Shown here piece by piece: positions 49,321-60,271 of a stretch of 64,000 nt of DNA (position 1 is the stretch's first letter; the number at the start of each line of letters is the position of its first letter). This DNA comes from Diplonema japonicum. Its lineage: Eukaryota > Protista > Euglenozoa: Diplonemea. Where the stretch lies: contig OZ025649.1 in the NCBI GenBank assembly GCA_964019335.1, forward strand, positions 806,001 to 870,000. The letters are read 5' to 3'. Position numbers and translations under genes: made by a program. The notes beneath the pieces are model-generated. The model searched no databases. It was given only the letters and a program-made list of their open reading frames with translations, and was not told the origin of the DNA.

Positions 49321-50313
49321 ATAATTAAATTTAAATATTTGAAATTCATTTCGTTCCAGCTTTTTTTTTTTTCCCCCTTCCCTCCCTGTCTTTCTTTTTC
49401 TTTCGGCGGGCCATTGCTAACCACTTCGTTCCTATCATAGTGAATTCTTTTCTGTTTCGGTGTTTACTGTATGGACGCAAATCGAAGCCGTACCTTGAAT
49501 GTCTAGTTTGTAATTAGTCTACTTTGGTTTAAAGGTTTCTTTTTGCTAGGAAGCGAGGAGGCCGACAAAACCAGAAGCCTGTTGAAGGGGGATAGGTAGT
49601 GTAAGAACAAGGGGAGTCTCACAAAGGACCTCCTGTAATCTTTTTTTTTTGTTTAACATTCGAGACTAAAAGCTAGTTGGTGGAAGCGTAATGAGCTATT
49701 TTATTAGGTAAAATCCCGCTCGTGCGCACAAACAAACAAAGTGTCAAGGGTTGTTCAATCTAGGGGAGGTCAAGTGGGCGGACGTCGAGACAGCGACATA
49801 CCCCCCTTCGGTTACCCCCGCGAAACACGGTCACTACTGTGCTCTTCCCCTCATGCGATGGGCCCATGATCTGGGTAACCATTGCGCGAGGTGTGGACAC
49901 GTGGGGGACCCCGACTGCCCCCAGGCAGAAGTGAAAACGAAGGCCACGAGCTCGGAGGAGCGTTGGGTTTGCCCCCCGTGCTGCTGCCCGCTCGTGCGCC
50001 CAAACAAATAAAGTGCCAGAATAGTTTTTTTTTTTTTTTTTTTTTTGGATGGAGTGCTAACTTGACCATAGGTTTTAAAAATGCTCAAAGTCCGCAAGCC
50101 CATGTGGTTCCACCAAGCGATTAGGCTGTATTTATGAAACTTAGCATTTCCGGTCTACTTTGAGCATTTAGGAAGGCGAGGGGACCGAATTTAAGCATTT
50201 TAAAAACACAGGGGTCTAGTTTGAGTTTTTCTGAAGCTTGGGGGTAGCACCTTGAGCATTTATGGAACTAGGGGGTTGATTTGAGCATTAAAACTTAGGG
50301 GTCTAGTTAGCAG

Positions 50314-50346
<33 letters not shown>

Positions 50347-50684
50347 TGTGAACAAAGAAAAAACTATATATTGGATTGTTAGTGCTAAAAAGGGTAGCGC
50401 TAGCATTGTTGGGCTTATCCTTCCACAGGTTAACCCAAACAACAATCAATGGTCTCTTTTTTTTTTTTTTTGCGGGCCGTTGCTAACCACTTCGTTCCTA
50501 TCATAGTGAATTTTTTTCTACCTAGCGCGGCTCCATGTAATGCTTCTCGCCCAGATGCCGTCCATCTCATCGCCGGCAAATACAGCAACCGCAGAACAGT
50601 GAGCACCCCCCATAAGTGACCGATTAGTGTGAATTTCTCCCTGAACAGTGAGCACCCCCCATGCATACTGAAATTTTATCGAGG

Positions 50685-50718
<34 letters not shown>

Positions 50719-50769
50719 AACGTTCGTTTCCTGCGAGAAGAAAAAAAAAGAAGATTTTTTTTTTTAATT

Positions 50770-51475
50770 TTTGCGACTGCGGAGGACAACCTCTCGTTTT
50801 TTTTTTTTTTTCTCTTTTTTTTTTTGCACAAGATCCGCAGTGCGAAACAGCAAATGCTAAGGCTTTGTGAAAACGGACACTGCGGCCCGCTGCCGGTAGA
50901 GTTACGGAACGTCTTACTACCGTACTCCAATACCGCAAGAGAATGCAGACGAAGGCCTACGAACGCTCAGTCCGTGCTGACTTTGGGAAAGAACGCAAGC
51001 ACATCACAGCCTGGGTCAGAGACCGCCCAAACCAGAGAATGGACGTGGTTGAGGCAGCAGACGGAGGGGTGACGGCGAACCTACAGGAAATGGACAAGGT
51101 GATGCGGAACGCGTGGTCGGGCGTCTTCTGTGCGCGAACACCCGAGGAAGAGCCACAGTATGAGCGGTTTGCGCAATGTTTTGGGGACCTGATCAAGAAA
51201 GCCCCAATGGCACGGACTCCCATCACAGCAGAACAGCTGGAGAAAGGAGCATGTGGCGTGGACGGTTGGCGGATGAGTGAACTGAAGCGACTCCCAACGA
51301 GCATCAGACCAAAAGAGCGTCCCACTGGCGCCTGAAGGTGACGACGAGGAGAACATGGGCTCAGGGCCTCGATTGGGACGAAAGCAATGCTCCAGAAGGG
51401 GAGTATAAATAGATAGCCCCCCCCAACCCACCCAAGGGCGGCCCTCCATGAGGGGGTTTGTCCTGCACTTTGAGT
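50770..51475 (+). mobile_element. Internally deleted non-LTR retrotransposon
   Basis: Pre-RT region ending KGACGVDGWRMSELKRLP (RT domain-0-like) joined to a 3' end almost identical to 43655-43760. Confidence 0.7.
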
Positions 51476-52145
51476 TTTTTTTTTAAAGAAAGAAGCTTTT
51501 TTTTGACACTCTGCCACTGTGAATGGTTATTTAATTTGGTTGAAGATGGTGTCTCTCTTTCTTTTTTTTTTTCTTCTTTTTTTTTTTTCTCTAATTTAAT
51601 GTTAGGCCCCTGCCCATGTCATCAGATACATCCAGCACCTTTAAAAAAAGGGTTCTCCAGTTTTCAAGGAGAGCATGCAATCAGGATGTCCCAGTGTGTG
51701 GATCGGTCGATCGTTCTATATCATTTATAAAGAAAAAGAAAGGGCGTCTGACTAGGCTTCCTTTAACTCATATATATATATCCCCATCAGCCCATAAGAC
51801 CTTTTATCTACATGAGGACCACTGTTCTCGTGGGCCCAGGTCGTTCTTGCCCACTTGTAAACACCCTTTTTAATTTCTTCTATTCTTCCGTGCGATTGCT
51901 CATTCACTCGGTGGGGTGGTGCCATGCTCTTCTTGCCATTATTCTTTCAAATATTCAGCACACCCCTCCCATGCTGCTTTGCCATCACCCCCATTTCAGC
52001 TCTATTGGTGCCTGTCCCAGGTTTGAGCACCCCTTTCCCTTCCCTTCTTTCCGCCCCTTTTAACTTGTCTTTTTTCCTCTCGGTTTTAATATACCAGCTA
52101 CGGGTGCTAGGTTACTTTTTTTTTTTTCTTTCTATTTTTTTTTAG

Positions 52146-52690
52146 CACTTGACGCCGACGTTGGAACAGCTCGGGACGACAAGTGGGATACTGCGGATGT
52201 ACGCGGAGTCGCTGTTGAAATGGATGTCGGAGCTAAGATGGGTTAAAGAAGACACGACGTCGGAGGTGACGGCGGTGGAGTTAGCCCTAGACTTCGAAGC
52301 GACGACCCGAAGATCGCTGGGAATGACGCAGGATGAAAAGGCGCGAAGGATCAAGAGACTGATCCAAAAGGTGAACGACAGGTGCGCATTACAAGGAAGG
52401 AAAAGGCCTTTCCCGGCGAAGAACAAAACGAGAGTGAAGTCCCTCATGGCAATAGGAGGGAAGGCGGCGATAGGCTTTGCAAGGAGACCGATCTTCGCCT
52501 CACGAGAAACCCAGGACAGGCTAAGAGAGCTGAAGACCAACCTGAAGAAGGACCGCATCAACCGTCTGCGAAAGACACTGGTATCCGCCATCGGAACGAA
52601 AGCGAGGCTCCAAAAAGGAAGCATCAAGAGATAGACCCCCACCCCCCCTAAGGGTGGTCCTCGAGTGGGATTTGCCCTTAAGCATCGCCT
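52146..52690 (+). mobile_element. 5'-truncated non-LTR retrotransposon (ORF 52149-52634), relative of 42693-43760
   Basis: WVKEDTTSEVTAVELALDFE..RVKSLMAIGGKAAIGFARRPIFA..QKGSIKR* is highly similar in protein to the 42741 ORF. Confidence 0.72.
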
Positions 52691-52743
52691 TTTTTCTTTC
52701 TTTCTTAGTTCATCCTATGCATCTCATCAGGTGGGGGGTACCA

Positions 52744-55059
52744 ATGTTTAAGGAGTTGCTGAGGACCTATGTCAACTACCCGGTCCGGCCTTGGGACAGC
52801 GAGCTGGAAAAGCTGCGGAAGAACCTTCTTATGGCTTTGTACCCATTTGTTCTATTCGCGAATGCCATACTAATCTTTGCAGTCCTCACTCGGATGGGTC
52901 AGGTTAACGCTTTCTGCATGGTGACAGTGTCCACTATCGGGTGGTCCCACCTTTTGGTCATGAAGCGCGCCACCCCGTTCGCCATCAAGTTATATATATT
53001 TGTTTGCACCTTGTCAACTATAGGCTATGACCTCATGACTGCTTCTGAGAACTCCAGCCGAGCGTGGCCTCTGCAGGTCATTCTCATCGACGTCCTTCTC
53101 GTCACGCGCATCGACCTCTCTTACAGCATGGGCCTCGTCGTGTTCATGTTCTTCTATCTTGTCCTCATCAGTGCCGAGGATGCTTTCCGCTTCGGCCTCT
53201 ACGACCTCCCCTTCCTAGCGACGCAGAAGCAGCGCCGTGAGAATTATACCTGTGATAACCTTCCCTGCGCTGACGTTGGTCTTTCACTACAGTCCTTCCT
53301 TGCTTGTTCAGGCACCTTCCTTCTCGACTTCTACTTCACAAGGGGCTTTGCAAGCAGCCTGGTCGAAGAGAAGGCAAAGGTGGAGGCATCGGTGGAGACA
53401 GCCGAGAAGATCGCCCGCAGCCTTGCGAACTTCGACCTTGATTCAGCTGAGGACGACCTCACTGATAACCACGGCCTGCCCCCCAAGCTACATGCCGCGT
53501 TTGACAACATCCTCCAGAACCTGAAGCTCTACAGGCCGTTCCTTCCCAATGCCCTGTTCGAGGACAGCAGAGAAGGGTTCGCAAACAATCCTCTTGTCAG
53601 GAAGATGGCACCTCCAGGCACAGTCGGGGACAGCAGAGTGGCAGTTGTGTTCACAGACATCCAGGGGTCGACAGCGATCTGGGAGGCTTGCCCTGAAGGG
53701 ATGAGGAGAGCGCTGAAGCTTCACAACAAGACCATTCGGAAGGTTATTGACACGTGCCAAGGGTACGAGGTGAAGACCATTGGTGACGCCTTCATGGTGG
53801 CCTTCACCTCCCCTACGGATGCTGTGGACTTTGGGCTTGCTGTTCAGAAGGCTCTTGTTGCGTGCACGTGGCCATTGGATCTTATGGAGCTTCCGTTGTG
53901 TGAGCGGGACTCTGAGGGTCTGTGGGGTGGGCTCCGTGTGCGTGTTGGGGTCCACTACGGGGAGGCAGAGGTGGAGCTGAATTCTGTTACCGGACGTTAT
54001 GATTACTTTGGCAACACAGTGAATGTAGCATCTCGTGTCGAGGCGGCCTCTGTCGGTGGTGGGGTTGCTATTACTCCTGAGGTTCTAGCGGCGGTCACTG
54101 ACAGGTCCTCCTTCATCGAGATCCCCATCGGTCTTGTTCCTTTGAGGGGCGTGGCCGAGTGCAAGAAGCTCTCCATCCTCCTCCCTGTCGAGCTGCGCGG
54201 CAGGAAGCAGCACACGTCAAGACAGCTGCGCCTCAGACGGAGCGATATATCGGACGATGGCGTTTCGTCAACTCAGATCGCAACCAGCTCCCGCCTCAGC
54301 GTCATAGAGCTGACCCCCATCACACGTCTTGAGCACATTGTGAACGCGACTGTTGGCTGCGTCGAGGCGCGTATTGCTGGAGGGACGGGTGAGGGGCCTA
54401 CTGGGTACTCTTTTGTGAATGAAAGTGTGTGCTGGGCGTTGAACTCACTGGACAGGTGTGGTGGAACAGTGGTGGCGGTGGTGGGGTCCTCCATCACTGT
54501 GGGGTGGAACACTGCGAAGAAGACATCGACACACTTCGAGAGCTCTCTGATGTTTGCCTCTCATGTGATGAGCAAGAGTTACGAAGACGGTGAGGTGCGT
54601 GTGGGTCTGAGCAGCGGCCCTGTTTTGAGCGCGACACTCGGGACGCACGGGCAGCGGTTCGTGACTGTGATGGGGGACTGCGTGAAGCTGAGCTGTGCGA
54701 TGGCGGCAGCCGCGGCGGAGTTCCGCACAAGCGCATTGTTCTGCTGCACAAGGATGCGGTCCGACCTGAAGAACATCCTACGCCCGCTCACAACGTGGGA
54801 GGTACACTCCTCCAACCACAAGCCCAAGCCGCTTGTGGTGTACGAGATCTCGATCCCCAGGCTGTACGACACAGACCTGCGGAGCATGATGGAGGGGTTC
54901 ACAAATGCAGTTCCTGAAACCTGGTGCTGGTCGGATGCCTACTGGGATGCCTTCAAAGCAAAGAAGGCTGACTTACTGATGAAGAAAGCGGATGGAGATG
55001 CCGCGGTCATCGGAGCAGCTGGCATGATGAAGCAGAAGGCAAGGGCACTGCATTTATGA
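52744..55059 (+). CDS. Membrane class III adenylate cyclase, array copy 5 (most divergent)
   Basis: Paralogue; ATG chosen by alignment and the upstream CAG acceptor; catalytic motifs intact (DYFGNTVNVASRVE). Confidence 0.9.
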   Translation: MFKELLRTYVNYPVRPWDSELEKLRKNLLMALYPFVLFANAILIFAVLTRMGQVNAFCMVTVSTIGWSHLLVMKRATPFAIKLYIFVCTLSTIGYDLMTASENSSRAWPLQVILIDVLLVTRIDLSYSMGLVVFMFFYLVLISAEDAFRFGLYDLPFLATQKQRRENYTCDNLPCADVGLSLQSFLACSGTFLLDFYFTRGFASSLVEEKAKVEASVETAEKIARSLANFDLDSAEDDLTDNHGLPPKLHAAFDNILQNLKLYRPFLPNALFEDSREGFANNPLVRKMAPPGTVGDSRVAVVFTDIQGSTAIWEACPEGMRRALKLHNKTIRKVIDTCQGYEVKTIGDAFMVAFTSPTDAVDFGLAVQKALVACTWPLDLMELPLCERDSEGLWGGLRVRVGVHYGEAEVELNSVTGRYDYFGNTVNVASRVEAASVGGGVAITPEVLAAVTDRSSFIEIPIGLVPLRGVAECKKLSILLPVELRGRKQHTSRQLRLRRSDISDDGVSSTQIATSSRLSVIELTPITRLEHIVNATVGCVEARIAGGTGEGPTGYSFVNESVCWALNSLDRCGGTVVAVVGSSITVGWNTAKKTSTHFESSLMFASHVMSKSYEDGEVRVGLSSGPVLSATLGTHGQRFVTVMGDCVKLSCAMAAAAAEFRTSALFCCTRMRSDLKNILRPLTTWEVHSSNHKPKPLVVYEISIPRLYDTDLRSMMEGFTNAVPETWCWSDAYWDAFKAKKADLLMKKADGDAAVIGAAGMMKQKARALHL

Positions 55060-55350
55060 TTGTTTGGTTTTTTTCTTTTTCTTTTTTTCTGTTTACCACC
55101 ACGTTTCTCTCCGACTTTTGGCCCGATTCGCTTTAAAAAAGTGTGAGTGAAGGTTTTTTTTTTCTTTTTTTTCACCAGATTCACTTTGTTTATTTGCAGA
55201 AGAAGATAATAGTTGTATTATTTTCTTTTTTAGGCGATCCTGTCACATACTGCAGGTTCCCTTCAAAGACATCTTTTTTTCTTTTTTCAGGTGGAGAGGA
55301 AAAGGGCGGAATGTTAATGGATAAAGAAGAAACTCGATGATTTAAAGGAA

Positions 55351-55618
55351 GCACCCTGCACAAGCACCACTTACTTGATTACAGGGGGCGCACCTCGGCC
55401 TAGCTGTAGCTTCTTTTGCGTTCCGCGTCGTGTCCTTAATGCGTGCGGTGTGCAGCTCAACCCCAGCCGGAGCGCCCGGTAACCAAGATTCTGAGCCCGT
55501 GTAGTTTGCTGCCTGTTCGCCACCCAGAGATCTGCTTCTCCCACTTGGGCGCTACCGGTGATGACCGTCGGTCAACAGCGAACAACACATCTGATGTACT
55601 TCTTTATATTTCCACCAC
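55351..55618 (-). repeat. Dispersed repeat R, inverted copy retaining a pyrimidine tract and CAG acceptor
   Basis: Minus strand reads TCTTCTTTTCTGTTTTAGAGCAG|GTGGTGGAAATATAAAGAAGTACATCAGATGTG... Confidence 0.85.
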
Positions 55619-56579
55619 CTGCTCTAAAACAGAAAAGAAGACTTGATTTTTTTTTTTTTTTTCTGTGAAGAAACAGGTTTTTAGAATACTCAACTAAAAG
55701 AACGCTGAGGACGTGATGTGGCATTTTTTTTTTTTTTTCCTCCTCTTTTTTTCTTCTTTTTGCCCTTCTTTTCTTAGGCTTCTTAGGTCGGTGGTTGAAC
55801 CTCTATTAGCTACCAGCTGAGTACTAAGAAGAAGGCAAACAAAAAAAAAAAGTGTTTTTTTTTTTTTTATTTCTACTTTTTAACAGTTTTTTTTTTCCAT
55901 AAGGTTCTTTCAGAAGAAAGAGAAAGAAAAAGAAAAACTTGGAAGCTATTCCTAACACATCCCCCTATCATATGGTTTCTTATTTTTTTATTTTTCTCTT
56001 CCAAGCGCTTCCCACCTTCATATTTAAGGATGTGTGCCGCGGTAGGGGAAAGGCCTTAGGCGTCGGGTTCCCGTGGCAATTCAGTTCCATTGTAACAAGG
56101 CTATTTTTTTTTTCGTTGGTAAAGATGACAAGCAAGAAGAATATTTTTTTTTTGGCCTCCCCTCCCCTCCCCCCCCCTTTAGCTCCATCGAATATCAAAA
56201 AGAAAAAGAAATGATGCCGCCCCTGGCAGAAAGAAGAAAAAAGAAAAAGAAAAACCAGCTGTTTTTTTTTTTTTTTCTTTTTTTTATAGTAATTAGAATA
56301 GTAAAGCTCCTAACGACGTGTCTTTACTGGTGCGCAACGGCACCTCCCTTAAGCAGGTCATTTCAGGTCAGGTCTGCATTTTTGGCTTCGGCAGCAGAAA
56401 AGGATGCTCCTACCCACCGCGAGGAAACGGGGACCAGGCACGCCATGTCTGAGAAGGGGCTTTGACTACAAACACCCGATGTACTTTTTGTACGCTTGGA
56501 GCCGGCGTAAAAAATCGATTTTTTTTTTTTTTTTTTGGCTCAGTGAGAGTGGGAGAAAGGGGGATGTAAAAAGAAAGGT

Positions 56580-56612
<33 letters not shown>

Positions 56613-56939
56613 GTCCTGCTCTTACGTGGCTTTCTGGGGTTTTCCAATTTGCATGCCGCCGCCCTATCTATTCCCGCCACCTGGTTTTATTTTTCGGTGG
56701 CGTGCCATGCTACGGTTTGCCGATTTGGTTTTTATATTATCAGGTTCTTCTTCTTTTCTTTTTGTACTTTCCTTCCAGAAAAAAAAGGGGGGGGGGGAAA
56801 CAAGGCATAGAGGGGTGGGGGGGGGTTTTTTTTCTCGTTGCTTTACATATATCGCTTTCCTTTTTTATAATAAGGAAAGGGAAAACACTTAAAAGGGTCT
56901 TTATTTTTTTCTCTTGCCCCTCCTTTTTGTTTTCTGCTA

Positions 56940-58200
56940 CAAAGCTGCTAAAGTAAACTGCTGAAGAAGGTGCACAGCAAAAGAGGCGTAGGACCGGTGA
57001 GCAACCTAAAGCGCAATGTACTTCAGCCACTGAAGCTAGGATGGACATGGCTAAGAGCAGTTGGCAAGCAACCAAAAGGAATGATGGTACATGAGCATCG
57101 CCTTCGTATCAAAAGATACCGCAGAGGACAGATGTCCGTGAACGACCGACCCTCGAGGGAATAAAAGAGGGTGTGGACGAACAAAGGACGAACGTGATCT
57201 GGAGGACGGCAAAAGCATGGCAGATACAAAACAATGCAAGGAGAATGCTGACTGGAGCTCTTGAGATGGTCCACCCCAAGGTAGAAGATCCAAGAGTACT
57301 GTGCAGGGGATGCGGGCATGTGGCAGGAACCTACACAGCGTATATGGAACATATCTACTGGAAGTGCAAAGAGTATGGATCAATACGAAAAGAAGCGATG
57401 TACACCACGGTAATAGATTTTCCGAAGAAAGATATGCCTCAATGTCTAAGACTTCATGGAATCATACCGAAAAACTGCAAGGTACCGCAGCCAGAAATTG
57501 TGCAGAAACTGCTGGTCAACATGGTAACTCTTGCGGACGCAACCAAGATGATAGCGGAGAAGAATGAGAAAAGGATGCATGTCTGGAGACGCCCTGTGCT
57601 GTGGAGCAAGTACACGGTGCCAGAAATAAGATGGTTCCGTAAGCACTTGAAGATGAACTTCATGGGAGCACAGATAGTGCCGGAGGTAATCAAGTGGCTT
57701 ACGAAATTAGAATGGAATAAGCAGGGGTCGGTAACTAGACTAGAGCTAGTGATAGACTTCGAGCTAACGAGTGGGGTGTACGTTTAGGCAGACAAGACGA
57801 CAGCACCAAGAGGGCCAACCGATTGGCAGAAATAATAGAAAAGCTGATGGGCGCAGCCGAGGCACACGCACCGAAGCCATTCATGCCCAGGGGAATAACA
57901 GAATCCGTGGCATTACGATCGATAGGTGCACCCAGGAGATTGAAGGGGTACACCGGAAGGCCGAAATTCGCATCCAGCAGAACGTGCGAAATCTTGGGAG
58001 GACAATGCGCAGTGCCGACTGCACAGAGGAAAGAGTGGTCCGACCCCTTCATGCCAGACTACAGGGCACAACAACCTACTAGAACGCAGTCCACCCTTCC
58101 CGCAGCCATGCATCCTTCAGCACAGAAGGGTAGCAACATCCGCTAGCGCGGTTAAGAAGTTGCTCGTACGCCAGGCGGTTTATGAAGCAACCAAAGTCAT
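56940..58200 (+). mobile_element. Degraded 3' part of a third non-LTR retrotransposon family
   Basis: CRGCG..MEHIYWKC knuckle, CLRLHGIIP, KWLTKLEW..RLELVIDFELTSG, LRSIG..GYTGRPKFAS, ends QKGSNIR*; stops and frameshifts present. Confidence 0.68.
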
Positions 58201-59758
58201 TCTTCTTTTTTTTTCTATTTGAGCATCTTTTCTTGGTTTTGTTCAAAAAAAAGGGGGGGGAGAAAGAGAAGAAGAAAGAAAAGCTATGGTATTTGTTTTT
58301 TTTTTTTATTTTATATTTATTATTTTCTCGAAAAAGAAGAAAAGGGAAAAAAAAAGAAGAAAAAGGAAAAATAAGGAGTTTTTTTTTCTTTTTTTTTTCC
58401 GGTGGGTCGTTGTTAGGCCTAACTATCACCTCCCATCACAGTGATTTATTACATGCTAAAAGAAAAAGCTACTACTGCCTGGAGGGGAAGAGACTTAAAC
58501 CGAAAGGGTTTTTTTTTTTATCCTGAGTAGTATGGTTACTTTGGACTTTCCCGGCGTAGACAGATGATGCTCGAATCACCACCAGAATTGCTGAAAGACG
58601 TGGGGCCTCGGTCAGGACTCTCTCAAACCTCTGATACCAAGATGCATGGTGTACTACAAAAAGGTCTCTTTTGTACGCACCAGAAAAGAAAAAGAAAAAG
58701 AAAAAGGAATTTTTTTAATTATTTTTTTTTTCCCCTCCCCTCGTACACCCTTAGTGCGTAAGGTACACGGGCGATTAGTTCAAGTTGTTTTCCTCCCATC
58801 CTTATTCCCATCCCCCATTCTCATAAGTTTTTTTTTTATATACGCCTCATACCACTGTTTCTGCTGGCTAAGGGGGTATCGGACGGCTTCAGATATGGTT
58901 TGTAGGCTCGCCCAGTGACTTCCTACAATATGCAGATTGCTCTGTGTAAAAGACTTTAAAGCAAGATCATGCGTCATGGCGATGTGTACATTGCCGGTGA
59001 ACAAATACTTCTGAGCCCACCCCCACCACTGTTGCAGATATGTGCGTTTTTTTTTTTCTCCTTCGGGTGGGTACTATGGTAAGTTTTTTCTTTTTTTTTT
59101 TCGTGGTGGGAACGGTCCACTGGAGGCTGCAGTACCCCCGCCTATGGACATGAAGAATTATGAGTCTCTTCTTTTTTTTTTTTTTTTTTTTTTTTTTTCT
59201 CTTTTTTTTTTGTTTATTAGGTAAGGCCTGCAGCACAGACAAAAGAATATTATTGCCTATTTTTTTTTCTTTTTGTCGGCCATTTCTTTTTATTTCATTC
59301 CCTCCCCTAGAAGATTCACGCAACAACCAAAATGAATAAGAAAAAGAGGAATAAAGAGAGAAAAGAAAAGGAAGATCAAAATGTCAGTCTGTCCATAGTA
59401 CTTTTTTTTTTTATTGACCCTCAGAGGCGATAATATACTTTTTTATTTTTTAATTCTCATGTTTTCCTTGAACAGTATTGCTGAGAAGGACGTGACCAGG
59501 GAGCCCAGGGTGCTTCAATAGTTATTATTTTTATTTTACCTTCCATCCGGCGGGGAGACATTCCAAATAATGAAAGATGAGTACAACAGTGTAGGATCAG
59601 CAAGAAAGAAAGAGAAGAAGGGAGAAGCACCGAAGGAGGATGTGGTTTTAACTTATTAAGGATTTAAAGAAGAAGAACTTGACACCCGATCCCAGAGTCC
59701 GATAAGAGAAATCTTTTTCCAGTTTCTTTTTAAAGAATGAAAACCTCGTTGCGATACT

Positions 59759-59800
<42 letters not shown>

Positions 59801-60271
59801 CCTTTCTTTCTTGTCAGTAACGTTCCGCTTTTTTTTTTTCTCTTTTTTTTTCTTCCTTCTTCTTTCTTCTTCTTGGTTAAGCGCCCCCCCCCCCCCTTTT
59901 TTTTCCCCTCTTTGTCTATTCCTTCATTCCACAGCTCCTTTCCGTCTCCAGAGAGTATTCCCTGTTCAGTTTTTTTTTTCTCCCTTACACTCAGATGGTC
60001 AGGCTGCAGACGTGAGCAGCATTCGAAAGGTACCTGATACGCCAGTGATGAGGGGGCTCAGCGCGTGTTTTTAGGAGACTTTAAGAGAGCATTCAGCAGA
60101 GCAAGCAATGACACCCCTTTTTTATTTTTTACTTTTCTTTTTTTTCGGTGTGCGAGATAATATGTCCTGTCTGGTATAGGGCCACCGCTACTTTTATCGA
60201 AAGGTTGCGTAGCAATGGGGTTTTTCTTTTTCTTTCTTAAAACAGCACACGTATACCCAAGCACAGATTCT

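Noticed and set aside
50050-50410. CRISPR-like array
   Set aside because: Eukaryotic context; repeats are short, degenerate and irregular; no cas genes.
59060-59150. Second HDV-like candidate (GGGTACT/AGTACCC pairing); also the hairpin near 15865-15893
   Set aside because: P1/P3 or P2 elements are missing; only simple inverted repeats are supported.
59372-59416. Possible degenerate SL relic (..GTACTTTTTTTTTTTTATTG)
   Set aside because: Similarity too weak against the T-rich background.
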